Positions 37,815-49,300 of a DNA stretch of 64,000 nt are shown here, in pieces (the first letter of the stretch is position 1; each line of letters starts with the position of its first letter). A program made the position numbers and the translations under genes. The stretch spans positions 3,264,001 through 3,328,000 of the forward strand of contig OZ245033.1 of assembly GCA_965224025.1 (NCBI GenBank), in the 5' to 3' direction. This DNA is from Candidatus Multivorans sp. GTDB taxonomy: Bacteria; Acidobacteriota; Thermoanaerobaculia; Multivoradales; Multivoraceae. The notes beneath the pieces were generated by a model, which was not told the DNA's origin, did no database searches, and saw only the letters and a program-made list of their open reading frames with translations.

Positions 37815-39143
37815 CTACTGAGCGTAACGTGCCTTTCGGCGCTTGACGTTCGCCTTGAGCACGTAGTGGTCGATCAGGGGCGCGAACAGGTTCATGAACA
37901 GGATGCCGAGCATCACGCCTTCCGGGAAGGCGGGGTTCACGGTGCGGATCAGGATCGCCAGCACGCCGACCAGGAAGCCGTAGATGTACCGGCCGCGGTT
38001 CGTCTGCGCCGCGCTCACCGGATCGGTGGCCATAAACACCATCCCGAAGGCCCAGCCGCCGAGCACGACATGCCAGTGGAAGGGCACGGAGAGCATCGGA
38101 TTCGTCGTCGACACGACCAGGTTGAGCAGCAGGGAGATGGCCAGCGAGCCGGCGGTGGCGGCGACCATGATGCGCCAGGAGCCGATGCCGGTGGCAATCA
38201 GGATCGCGGCGCCGATCAGGCAGGCGAGGGTCGAGGTCTCGCCCATCGAACCCGGGATGTCGCCCAGGAAGGCCTGCATCCAGGACACGTCGCCCGTGAT
38301 CGCGTCCAGGCCGTTCAACGCGGCGGTGCCCGCTTCCGGGACAGCTTCCTGTGCAGCGACGGCGTCGAGGGTGGTGGAGCTTGAATCGGCGGCGCTCGAG
38401 CCTTCATCGGCCTCATGCACCGCGATGGCGCCGAGCGCCGTGGCGCCGCTGTACCCGTCGGGGGGGGCCGAGGTGCCCGCCGCGATCCATACCGCGTCGC
38501 CCGAGATCTGGGCCGGATAGGCGAAGAACAGGAACACGCGCGCGGTAAGCGCCGGGTTCAGCACGTTGTAGCCGGTGCCGCCGAAGATCTCCTTGCCCAC
38601 CACGACGCCGAAGGTGATGCCGATCGCGACCTGCCAGAGCGGGATGGTCGGCGGCAGCACCAGCGGAAAGAGCATGCCCGTGACCAGGAAGCCCTCGTTG
38701 ATGTCGTGGCGGCGGACGACCGCGAACAGCCCCTCCCAGGCGCCGCCGACGGCGAAGGTCACGATCAGGACCGGCAGGTAGTAGAGCGCGCCGTGGACCG
38801 AGTTGGCGAGCACGCTGCTCGCGTCGAACGGCAGCCCCAGCATCTCCATCGCGTCGGTGCGCCAGTTGGGCAGGGCCGTGGCGCCGCCCGCGATCGCCAG
38901 GTGGATCTGCCGTCCCGTGTTGAACATGGCCATCAGCACGCAGGGCACCAGCGCGACGACGACCGTCATCATCAGGCGCTTCAGGTCCAACGCGTCACGC
39001 ACGTGCGCGGCGCCGGCGGTCGTCTTGCCGGGCGTGTACAGGAAGGTGTCGGGCGCTTCGTAGAGAGGGTAGAAGCGCTCGAACCTGCCGCCGCGCTCGA
39101 AGTGGCGGGCCTGGCGGTCGAGGATTTTGCGCAGGAACTTCAT
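37815..39143 (-). CDS. nqrB: Na+-NQR subunit B
   Basis: [40 protein letters not shown]. Confidence 0.96.
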   Translation of the reverse strand: MKFLRKILDRQARHFERGGRFERFYPLYEAPDTFLYTPGKTTAGAAHVRDALDLKRLMMTVVVALVPCVLMAMFNTGRQIHLAIAGGATALPNWRTDAMEMLGLPFDASSVLANSVHGALYYLPVLIVTFAVGGAWEGLFAVVRRHDINEGFLVTGMLFPLVLPPTIPLWQVAIGITFGVVVGKEIFGGTGYNVLNPALTARVFLFFAYPAQISGDAVWIAAGTSAPPDGYSGATALGAIAVHEADEGSSAADSSSTTLDAVAAQEAVPEAGTAALNGLDAITGDVSWMQAFLGDIPGSMGETSTLACLIGAAILIATGIGSWRIMVAATAGSLAISLLLNLVVSTTNPMLSVPFHWHVVLGGWAFGMVFMATDPVSAAQTNRGRYIYGFLVGVLAILIRTVNPAFPEGVMLGILFMNLFAPLIDHYVLKANVKRRKARYAQ

Positions 39144-39157
39144 TGCCGGGGTCGGCC

Positions 39158-40567
39158 CTAGCCTTCCTTCTCGATCAGTTCGAGCGCGTCGCGCAGGTAG
39201 GGGCCGTACTCGGTCTTGCCGGGGCACACGAAGGTGCAGAGCGCCAGATCCTCCTCCAGCAGCTCCAGGCAGCCGAGTTCCTCGGCGCGCTCGATATCGC
39301 CGGCCACCAGCGACTTGAGCAGGAAGCTCGGCTGCAGGTCCCACGGGAAGACGTTCTCGTAGAGGCCGATCGGCACGATCGCGCGCGGCGAGCCCCAGGT
39401 CGTCGTGGTCATGGCGAAGGACCGCCGCGGCAGCAGGGAGGAGGCGAAGGCGCGGGCGCGCGAAAAGGCGCCGAACCCCGGCAGCAGCCAGCCCAGGAAG
39501 CGGCGGCTGTGGTCGTCCTCGAGTGCTGAAACCGTGTCGTGGAAGCGGCCGAGATAGCCGTGAAGTTCCGCCGGCGCTCCTTCGCCGATCGCGGTGCGCC
39601 CGCTCAGTGGCGAGCCGGTGACGACGCGTACGTCGGCGTCGATACCGGTCTCGTCCGCCGCTTCGACCTCGCCTCGCACAAGGTCGGCGAGCGAGGCGCC
39701 GAGCCGGGTGCGCAGCAGTCGCGGCGTGCGCACCGGCGGACCCGCCAGGGCGACGATGCGCGCCACGTCGGGCTCGCCGGTCGCGAACAGGCGGCCGATC
39801 GCCAGGGTGTCCTGAAGTCCGATCTGCCAGACGAGCTTGCCGCGGTCGACCGGGTCCAGTGTGTGGATGTGCAGGCCGGGGGCGCCGGCCGGGTGGGGGC
39901 CGACGAACTCCTCGATCCTCACCTGGCCGCTGGTCTCGACGGCCGCGAGCGTTCCGGGTGCGCGGCAGAGGTAGACCGGGCCGTCCGTCAGCCGGGCCAG
40001 GGCCGCGAGACCCCGTTCCAGGTCACCGGCGCGTCCTTCGGCGATCCGGTCCGCGTCGGGCGCGAAGGGTTCGCTGTTCATCGCGGTCACGAAGATCGAC
40101 TTGGGCTGCGACCCGGGAGCGGCGGTGCGCCCGAACGGACGCGCCCGCAGGGCGGTCCAGTCGCCGGACTCGACCAGCAGCGCCTCCGCCTCCTCGCGGG
40201 AGAGAGCGCTCGGGTGCCTCCCCGTGTAGCTCGCGAAGTCGACCTGGGCGCCGCCGGATGCCGCCTGGTCCGAGGGATCCACCCGCACGACGACCGAGAT
40301 CAGGGCTCGCTTGGCGCCCCGGTTCACTGCCGAGACCGTTCCGGCGGCGGGCGAGGTGAAGCGGACGCCGGGCTGCTTGCGGTCCTCGAACAGGAGTTGT
40401 CCGCGCCGTACCCCGTCGCCCGGCGACACATGCATCGCCGGCTTCATGCCCGGGTAGTCGGCGGCGACGACCGCGACCGCAGACGGTACCGCGGCATCGC
40501 CAAGCGTCTGCTCGGGACCGCCGGCAATGGGCAGGCTCAATCCCCGCCTGAAACGGTGCGTGCCCAT
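39158..40567 (-). CDS. nqrA: Na+-NQR subunit A
   Basis: [28 protein letters not shown]. Confidence 0.96.
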   Translation of the reverse strand: MGTHRFRRGLSLPIAGGPEQTLGDAAVPSAVAVVAADYPGMKPAMHVSPGDGVRRGQLLFEDRKQPGVRFTSPAAGTVSAVNRGAKRALISVVVRVDPSDQAASGGAQVDFASYTGRHPSALSREEAEALLVESGDWTALRARPFGRTAAPGSQPKSIFVTAMNSEPFAPDADRIAEGRAGDLERGLAALARLTDGPVYLCRAPGTLAAVETSGQVRIEEFVGPHPAGAPGLHIHTLDPVDRGKLVWQIGLQDTLAIGRLFATGEPDVARIVALAGPPVRTPRLLRTRLGASLADLVRGEVEAADETGIDADVRVVTGSPLSGRTAIGEGAPAELHGYLGRFHDTVSALEDDHSRRFLGWLLPGFGAFSRARAFASSLLPRRSFAMTTTTWGSPRAIVPIGLYENVFPWDLQPSFLLKSLVAGDIERAEELGCLELLEEDLALCTFVCPGKTEYGPYLRDALELIEKEG

Positions 40568-40726
40568 CCAATCGTGACGTGCTCTATTCCGGCGATCGAG
40601 CTCTAGTCCGGCGAGCGAGGGCGAATCGGTACGCGTCGCTCGGCCAGTAAGGGACTATTCCACAACGGTGGGGGATCGGCAACAAGGGGGCTCGGGTCGG
40701 GAGAGTCGTTCGACTCACCGTCCAGC

Positions 40727-41020
40727 GTGCAGCGCGATGCCGAAGGCCGCAGGCAGCTCGTTCTGCAGGCCGACGAGGCGATCTACCTCCATCCGTCTCG
40801 GGATCGTCCATCTGGCCTGTACGTCGACGTAGGTAGCGACTCGTTGCCCGACGTCGTCCTCGAAGTCGACTTCTCCACGGACGTTCGCCGCGGCCGTTGT
40901 GGCCGCGCCGGCAAGCTCGCCGACTACGCGGCTTGGGGGCTGCGGGAGATCTGGGTCGAAGTGCCCGACACGGTGAGATCCACGGGTCGCCGCCGGCCCG
41001 GTCTGACCATCTTCCTGCAT
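40727..41020 (+). pseudogene. Truncated Uma2/DUF820 endonuclease paralog
   Basis: QADEAIYLHP...PDVVLEVD...KLADYAAWGLREIWVEVPD parallels the middle of the next gene; both termini missing. Confidence 0.75.
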
Positions 41021-41078
41021 CGCGGGGCGTGGGCGCACGGGACACTGCCTTGCAGGTCCGCCTTGATAGCATCGCTCC

Positions 41079-42080
41079 ATGGATGCTCCGGCAGGCTCGA
41101 CGGCAGCCGCGAACCTCCTGACGGATCATGATCGGACCGGCGGTCTCCTCGGCGGGTGGCTCCGCGCGTACTACGGCTGCGAGACCGTGCCGATGACGGT
41201 GGCGGAGTACGACGACGAGGAGAACGAAGGGCGCCGCGTCGAGTGCTGGGATTCGGTCACGGAGACGGCGCAAATCCTGTGCGAGGGCGCCACCCTGCAG
41301 CACGAAGTAGCGGCGACCCGGTTGGTGCAACTGGTCCGGTCGATCGCCTACGCCCGAGGCTCGGCGATCGTTTCGGCCGGTTCCACTGACATCGTCTCGC
41401 GGAACGACGAGGGTCAGAGGTTCTGCCTGGAAGCCGACGCGACGATCTACCTGCATCCCGGGCGGGATCTGCCGGCCGGCCGATACATCGAGGTCGCGAG
41501 CGATGCGCTTCCGGACCTCGTCCTCGAGGTCGATCACACCACGAACGTGCGCCATCGCCGCCGGCGCGGCCAGCGGAGCAAGCTGGACGATTACGCCGCG
41601 CTCGGTATCCCGGAGTTGTGGGTCGAAGTGCCCGACTCATCCAGGACCCGCGGCCGGCGCCGACCCGGCCTGAGCATTCTGCTGTTGGAAGGCGATGGGT
41701 ACCAAGCGTCGTCGGCGAGCCGGGCGTTTGCGGGCTGGACAGCCGCGGAGATCCACAGCGCCCTGAACGAGCGGGAAGAGTCCGCCGAGACGGCCTCCGT
41801 CCTGCGACGGGTGGGCCGGACGATGGGCGCCGCCGAAGGCACCGGGCCGGACGACGATCCGTTCCTTCGGCAGGAGCGCAGGGAAGCCGCCGCGAACCTC
41901 GTCCGCGCGGCGGTTTCCGAGGCGTTCGTTTCGCGCGGCATCCCGGTTTCGGACGCGTTGAAGCAATGGCTCGTAGGATCCGAGAATCCGTCCGATCCGG
42001 CAGGGGTGATTCGACTCGCGTTCACTTGCCGGGATGCGGACGAGTTTCTGAAGAGGGTCGAAGCAGCGAAACGCGGCTGA
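41079..42080 (+). CDS. Uma2/DUF820 family PD-(D/E)XK endonuclease-like protein
   Basis: HE motif, EAD..IY, PDLVLEVD, K..DY..LGIPELW. Confidence 0.85.
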   Translation: MDAPAGSTAAANLLTDHDRTGGLLGGWLRAYYGCETVPMTVAEYDDEENEGRRVECWDSVTETAQILCEGATLQHEVAATRLVQLVRSIAYARGSAIVSAGSTDIVSRNDEGQRFCLEADATIYLHPGRDLPAGRYIEVASDALPDLVLEVDHTTNVRHRRRRGQRSKLDDYAALGIPELWVEVPDSSRTRGRRRPGLSILLLEGDGYQASSASRAFAGWTAAEIHSALNEREESAETASVLRRVGRTMGAAEGTGPDDDPFLRQERREAAANLVRAAVSEAFVSRGIPVSDALKQWLVGSENPSDPAGVIRLAFTCRDADEFLKRVEAAKRG

Positions 42081-42172
42081 TTGGCCGGGACCGGCGCTCC
42101 GGGGACTGAGAGCTTTCCCGCGCGGGCTGGAGCCCGCGAAGAGCGGGGCTCGGGACGGCGACGATCTCGGGG

Positions 42173-43279
42173 CTATGCTCCCAGCAGCACCGGATGAAGT
42201 GCTTCCCTTGGCTTCAGGGGCTTGATGTGGGCAAGCTTGTTTCGAGCCGCTCGCAACCGCCTCGCCTCGCCCATGACCTTCCCGTTCGGGGGTCCGTGTA
42301 GCTGGAAGTAGTAGAGCAATGGGCCGAGTTCCAGGTCATCCGCTTCCTCAAAGCGCCCCAGTTCGGTCTCGAACGGCAGCTTGAAGTGGGTCCGGTGGCG
42401 GTCGATCAACTCCACCCGCCGCTCCTCCAGCAACGGCATGAGCACGGAGGCTTGCGCTGCCCACAGCCTGCGATCCAGTTCCGCCTCGCGACCCTGGATC
42501 GCCAGCAGCGCGGAATGGACGACCGGCCGACTCCGCGGTCCGTCGACCGTGCCGACTTCCCAGTCCTCGACTGTCTCGGCGATCCAGCCTCGGCCCTTCG
42601 CGTAGCTCTTGAGGATCGCCCAGGGCTGCAGGGCGCTCTGCAGGTCGGTCTCCAGCATCTGCTCGGCCAAGGAATGATCCCACTGCGAAACGTGAGCCAC
42701 CGAGTTCGCCCGGAGGGCGCGGCTCATTCGATGGCGGGAGGAGCCACGACTATCCTCGTGTTGTAGCGCCATTACGTAGAGATCGTCGCGGTGAACCACA
42801 TCCCGGAACTTCCGATGGGTTACCGCCACATCCGACAGGTCGGGTTGCTGGAAACCCGCGCCCTGGAGCGGTACGACGAGCGCCGTGCGTCGGTCTTCGG
42901 GCACGTGATTCCGGCTGGCGTCGGAGTAGGCCAGCAGAAAAGTCCTCCAGGCGGGCCAGCTTTCCGGCGAAACGCCGCTCACCCAGATCAGCCGCTCTTG
43001 GAAGTGCTTTAGGCGGACGAGGTCCGCCACGCTCGCGACCTTTGTTTCCTGCCCCTGTGATGGGAGCACCCGGCGAATGGCCGCAAGAGGGGGAGCCTCT
43101 AGCCCGGCGTCGAGTTCCGACCACCGGAAACCCCAGTGACAGTGCCGTTCGAGTTCTTCGGCGAGACCGTCGGGAATGGCGCTGCCACAGTGGACAACTA
43201 CGCTGGAGCCGTTCCGAAGCTCGTCACCGATGGAGCGGACGAATCGGGCCGGGCCCGGGAGCTGCCAGAGAGACTGCAT
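42173..43279 (-). CDS. Hypothetical protein: degenerate P-loop-like N-terminus and C-terminal HEPN-like RxxxxH motif
   Basis: ELRNGSSVVVHCGS strand/loop; C-terminal LRAARNKLAH; starts 24 bp after the large ATPase gene. Confidence 0.7.
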   Translation of the reverse strand: MQSLWQLPGPARFVRSIGDELRNGSSVVVHCGSAIPDGLAEELERHCHWGFRWSELDAGLEAPPLAAIRRVLPSQGQETKVASVADLVRLKHFQERLIWVSGVSPESWPAWRTFLLAYSDASRNHVPEDRRTALVVPLQGAGFQQPDLSDVAVTHRKFRDVVHRDDLYVMALQHEDSRGSSRHRMSRALRANSVAHVSQWDHSLAEQMLETDLQSALQPWAILKSYAKGRGWIAETVEDWEVGTVDGPRSRPVVHSALLAIQGREAELDRRLWAAQASVLMPLLEERRVELIDRHRTHFKLPFETELGRFEEADDLELGPLLYYFQLHGPPNGKVMGEARRLRAARNKLAHIKPLKPREALHPVLLGA

Positions 43280-43303
43280 GGGCCTCTCAGTTCCCTGCCG
43301 AAC

Positions 43304-46300
43304 TCACAGCAGTTTCCTGACGACCGGATCGATCTGCCAGTCGTCCGCGTCGCTTCGCCGTACAAGATGGAGTTTCTCAGCCACCCAGAGGGCGGAGCGA
43401 AGTTCGTCGTCGTTCAACTCGCAGTCGATGAGGTCGCGGGTCTCCGGGTCGAGAAGACTCTCGAGATTCGCGGAGCCGTGTGCGTCCAGAAGGCGTAAGG
43501 TCTCCGACAACGGGTGAAGATCCAGCCCGAACGCTGGCCGAAGGCGGTCGGCGCTCTCGGTGAGCACCCGATCGAAGCCGCTCGGGTCGACGAGGTCGGA
43601 TGGCTTGGTGTCGCCCTGAAGCCGCTGGACGATCAGCTCGATCAGGATCGGCCAACCGCCCGCGTTGTTCGCGAGTTGCATCTCATCTTCGGGCTTGAGC
43701 TTCTTGCCCACGGCGGAATCTTCGTCCAGACAGACAGCCGCAAAGCCCGGATCCCAAGGCCTGAGAGAGACTAGATCGACGTCTCCCTGGGCCAGCCACC
43801 CGTCCATTGCGTTCTGATGGGAAACCAACTGGCCTGGATCGAGAGCGAAGACGACGCGGGCAAACTTCTCGCGTGATCGGAGGTTACCCAGCAGGCGAAG
43901 CGCTTCGTCGACCCACTGTCCTTCCCAGCCGCCAGGAACGATGATCAGCGTCGTCTCGTGGCCACGGGCGTCGAGACGCCGCTTCAGTTCCTTCCTGAAA
44001 TCGTCGACGCTCGGCGTCGGCTCCAGGAGAATCGCTTCACCTCGTTCCTTCCCCCACTGCAGGAAACTCGCCACGTTCCCTAGTCCCGCCGCCTCTGGTC
44101 CGCAGACCAGGACGACGGCGTTCCCCCGTTGACGGGCGAGCCGATGTGCCGAGTCACCGTGGCCGGAGATCCGACGTTCCTGCCAGAGCGTCAGGGGGCG
44201 GGAACGGGGCCCCTTGTCGTCATGGCGTCTCCGGATCTCGAAGGGTCCGGGTTCCGGAGACGCAGGTCTCTTCTCGAACGATGCCAGCCGTTCCTCAATG
44301 TCGTCCTTGCGGCCAAGCAACGACAATACGTTCGGATTCCGCAGGCTGAAGCGGCGGCGGTCTGTTCCGCCGTACGTGCGACGAAGAACGCCTAGCTCGA
44401 CCATCTCGTCGAGCAACGCCCTGAAGTGTTCCGACTCCCTGTCGCTCTCCTCGAAACCCTGGGGCCACCATACGCGGACGTGACGAAGGACTCGGTCGTC
44501 CCCGATCCCTTTCCGCAGAAGGTCCCGGTCCTCGAGACAGGCGAACGCCACGGTGTAGGCGATCGCCTCGTAGCGCGGGTCGAGCTGGAGCGTCCACTCG
44601 AACCGTTGTCGGATCTCCCTTCCCAGTTCGCGGTCTCGTTGAAGAGCCTCCAGAAGATCGGGACCGATCGCTCGAACTGGAGAACCGGTAGACGCCGACG
44701 GGGCGGAGAGCCGGTTGACCAGCGTGGCGCCGTAGATCTGGAGAAGACTCGGATAGTAATTGGCGCGCGCGAGAACGCTGGTTGCAAGCCGCGTCGGTTC
44801 GAAGCGGTAACCGCAGGCATCGAGCGGCGCACAAAGCAATTCGTGGGCGAATCCGCGTTCCTCCCTTTCGATGAATGGCCCGATCCCGATTGGCCGCTCC
44901 ATATGAGCCAACGGGTGGTTCGACTGGGTAGTCGTGCGCACGACGTTGTGCAGGCCGGCGAAGACCACCTTGATCGAACGATCCTCGTCCATTAGGGACT
45001 TCAGGCGCGTCGACTCGGCGAAAGTCTCACGGCTGCTGTTCATGGCGTCTCGCTGCAGGAAGCGGTCCGCCTCATCAAAGAGCAGCAGGAGGGACTTCCC
45101 TGCAGTGCGGTTGAACTGTCTGAGGAGTGCGTCCCTGAACGCATCGACGTTCCGTCTGGTCGGCTGTCTGGTGCTCTCGTCGATCGCGTCGATGCGCCGG
45201 AGAGCCCGCCACATCGCGACCCAAATGTCCGACGTGTGTTCTTCGCCAACGCCCTCGGCCTTGAGATCGATCCAGGCCGCGAAGCGGCCCTCCGCGGGGT
45301 TCATGAATTCCCGCTCCACGTGTCTCAGCAGAGCGGTCTTGCCCAACTGGCGGCCACCGTAGACCAAGCAGGACCCTCTCTCGAAGTCCTGAATCTCCGT
45401 CACTTCGGCTTCGCGTCCGAAGAACATCTCCGGCGGCACTCGTCCTGCGCGCGGCACGAAGGGCTGGTTCCAGGTGAATGGAAGCGCACAGGCGAAGAAG
45501 GCAGCCAGCCGGGAACCGGACTGGGCGGCCATGAAGATGAGGAGCGGCTCGTCGAGAGTGACCAGCGTCAGCGATTGTTCGTCGCTCAGGCGCGCCAGTC
45601 GCATGTGGGTGCGCTCGCCGACCGGATTGAGGCAGATTGCGATTACGGCTTCCCTGCCCGCCTGCTGGAGGCGCTGGAGAATCGTCTCGGCGGTGGGCGG
45701 TCGGAAGAAGATCAGAAGCCTGTAGTTTCCGTTGGCCTCCGAGCCGAAGTGGGGCACCGGACAGTCATTGCGGCTCCTGAGTGCGGACGCCGTCATCCGG
45801 GCACTTGCGAATTCTCCTGACGCCTGCTCAACGTGAACGGAGACGTCCAGGAAGCCTCCAAGGTTCGAGAACAGTCCTCGGGTCGCTTTCCCGATGGCTT
45901 GCCGGTCTGTTGGGCGGCATCGCTTGAGCGCGCTCCAGCCGTCGAGCAGAGTGGCCGCGGACGCTCGTTCGTTCTGGTCGAGGCGATCGAAGCGCAGTGG
46001 GCCGAGCCGCTTGCCCTGTTTGGCAGAGTCGCGCAGGTTCGGCCAGTCCTCCCCGATCTCTCGCAGGCGTTTGCGGCCGATCGTGCGATGGGTGTCGCGA
46101 AGGCTCGGCCGCTTCGCTCTCTCGTCGCCGAACGCCGCGTGGTCGTCACCGGAGCGGTGGAGGAGCTCGTACGCCGTAACCAGATCGCCGTCGTCGATGT
46201 GCCGTTCGATTCTCACGCGCCGCGGGTCATCCGCGTCCGGGTATGCAGCATGAGCCTCGGCTCGGGCTGCGCTCAGGCTGGCCTGGCTGGCCGCCTCCAG

Positions 46301-49300
46301 TTCCCCCCGGACAGAATTGAGTTCGCCGTTCTCGTGGTTGAAGCGGACGGCCGTTTCCTCCCGGACCACTCTCTCGACGGAATCAAGTCGCGCTTCCAGG
46401 TCAGTGCGTTGCTCCTGCTCGATCTGCCCTTGGGCAAAGGCCAGATCAAGGCGATCGCGTACCTCCTCCAGCTCGGTTCGGAGCGAATCGAGCTGCTCCT
46501 GCTGGGTGCCGTGGATTCTCTGTTTCCAGGAATCGACGGCGCCGTTCTTCATGTCGCCTTCAGTTGTAAGCCAGTCCAGAATGTGCCGGGCCGTGTTGGT
46601 CTCACCGCTTTCTATGTTCCTTGCGAGAGCCTCGTTCAGTGGAAGCGGTTCTGCGTTCAGGAGCACGTCCAGTGCCGCTTCGGGATCGCCTTCGACGAGG
46701 CCACGCTCGTCTATTCGCAGGTCGGGGAAGCCGAAGAGCCCCGAGGCCAGGAGCGGTCGCGGATCGGGTTCATCCGCTTGCGGGCCGACGGTCGCGGGGT
46801 CTACCAACTGATCGACCAGCCTGAGCGACCGGAGCGCAACCGAGCTAGCCGCCCGAGTGAGGGCATGCTGTCGGTGTTCGGCCGCGATCGTTCCCAGTGC
46901 CGACTGCAGCGTCGGCGAGCCGCGTCGCAGCGCGCCGACCAGGTCGTCGATGACCTTCTTCAGGTGGCCGCCACCGGCTTCCGGCGCCGCCTCCATGGAC
47001 AGGTACCGTCGCGAGAGTTCGAGAGGCTCGCGGAGGTGACGCCTGAATTGTCGGAAGATCTTCGTGTCGACGCTTTGGCCATGCGATAGAACCTCATGCG
47101 CTAGGCGGTCGACGATCTTTCGCAGGTGCGACTCGTCCTCCAACTCGGCGAGCAGTCGGCGTACCTCCCCGTGTCCGCCCTGAGTGCGAATCGCTTCGAC
47201 CAGCCGACCGAGCTCGCCCGACGTGGAGAGCGCACGCCATACCTTGTTCGCGGGGGTGTAGGACAACGGACTCTTGGCTGGGCCTTCGCGCCAGGCATCT
47301 ACGTCTTGCAGCAGTTTCAAGAGTGCGTCTTTGTGGGTGGCCTGGTCCCTTGCCGTATGGAGGAGAGTCTCGGCGTCAATCCGCGCCTTCTGGACTTCCC
47401 AACTCCGGGCAGCGATCTCTTGGGCAAATCGGTAGAGCGGGTCGAGCCCCTCATGGACGAGGTCCTGGAGGAGAGAGGTTGCACCGGAGTAGGGCGCCAG
47501 CAACACCGCCGGCATGGCCGCAGCGAAGGAGATCAACGCCTCGGCGTTGATCGAGTCAGACTCCCGGTCGGTCAGGGCCTCCGCCGATGGCGCCTCCTCG
47601 ATCGCTAGTTCATACTCGGCGGACAGACGGCTGTTCGGGCGTGCGAACCGGCTTGCGTAGAGGGCTGCCTCAAGCAGCGCGGCCTGCGGCAGGCCGGCGT
47701 CGATCCCGAGTTCTTCGAGCAGGCGGCAGACGTGCGTCGCGTAGGCAAGGCGGGGCGGATCGGCGGCAAACGCGCGGGCAACCGCCTCTCGGGCGTCCAC
47801 GTGCACGCCGGGCTCGTCGGTCTTTGGCACGGCTTCGGCCTGGTCCCACTCAGGCGATGGCGGAGCGGCGGGCTGTTCCTCGGCCGGAACAGAGTCTTCC
47901 TCGGTGACGGAGGGTGCTCCGGTCTCCTCGGCGGCCACCGGCGATGCTGCGACCGTCGGTTCCTCCGGCGCTTTCGAGTCGGTGGGTTCGCCGCCGTCGC
48001 CGTCGCTCGGCGGGTCGACGCCCGTAGCGACCGGACGAGTAGTTTCGCCCTCGGCAGGTTCGGGTTCACCGGCATCGAACGCCGGCGCCAGCGCCTCGAT
48101 CAGAGCATCCTCCGCGGCTCGTCGTTCACGGCGGCGGCGGGTCGCCTCTTCCCGGAGATCGTCTCGCTCGTCGCGCCAGCCGCGGAGGGCCTGTCTATCC
48201 GAAGGGCGATTGGCGCGGAGCGTGTCGAGCCTGTCTTCCACCTCCCGGTGCTGCGTATCGGACTGTCGCAGATTCTCAACCAGTTGGCCGACCTCGCTCC
48301 GAAGGCGCTCGGTCTCTGCACCGGCCCTGGTCGGGTTGAGGGCAGGAATGCCCAACCAGGCGCCACGAAGTCGTTCAAGCTCTTCGGGATCGACCTCTTC
48401 GCTGGCTGGCTCTCTCTCGATTCTGTCCACGAGCGTACGCGCGAGAGACTGGAGTTCCTCGGTCGCGGTCTTGGCCTTCTGGATCTGTTCGACGCGTTCC
48501 TCGATCTCTTCGAGGTCGGCGATTGCTTGCCGCAACTCGTCGAGGACATCCAAGGCAGGCGGCTTCTCGGTCGCCTCCGTGGCGATAGCCGCCAGCGACT
48601 GGAGCCCCTCGCGCCAGGCAGCCTCGGTTGCCGCACCCCCTTCCGAGGGGGCCGCTCCGTCGCTGTCCCGGCTCACGAAGTCGGCGCCCGACGCCGACGT
48701 CTGGTCCTGTTCTTCGGCTGGAGCGGGAACTTCACCATGCGACTGCTCGTTGACGGGTTCGGGCGCGAGCACTTCGGCGTACTCCTCCTGAAGCTCGGGA
48801 ACCCGGGAGCCGGCCTTGTGCAGGATGCCGTGGTCGTCCAGGACGGTGGCCAGACAGAAGAGCTCGACCGTCTTCCACTCCCGCTCCGCCGTCGCCAGCG
48901 ATGGCCAGTCCTCCAGCCCTTGGAGCAGCTCGGTCGCCGTCTCCCGCAGCCTTGCGCGGTCGGGGGGCTTGTCGTTGCCGCCAGCGGCAGCTTCCGCCGT
49001 CTCGGACGATGCTTCGTCGAAGTACTTCCGGAGGACGTTGATCTCGAGACTCGGCGGCGTCTTGGAGTTGGGAGCGCCTTCGGCGTTCGGCCCATCGAGC
49101 CAAGTCTTCCAGAGTTCTCGGCGGTGGGCGGGGTTTCCGTAGAAGGCGAACATTCGTCTACGGTCGTAGTCGCCCGGCTTGCCGCTGTCAGGACCCAGGT
49201 CTCCGATACGGGCACGCACGAACTCGCGATCCAGAAGGCGGCGACGTTTGGCGCGGTTCAGGTACAGAGGCCGCTGGAGCTTCGCCAAGCCGGTCAGGCA

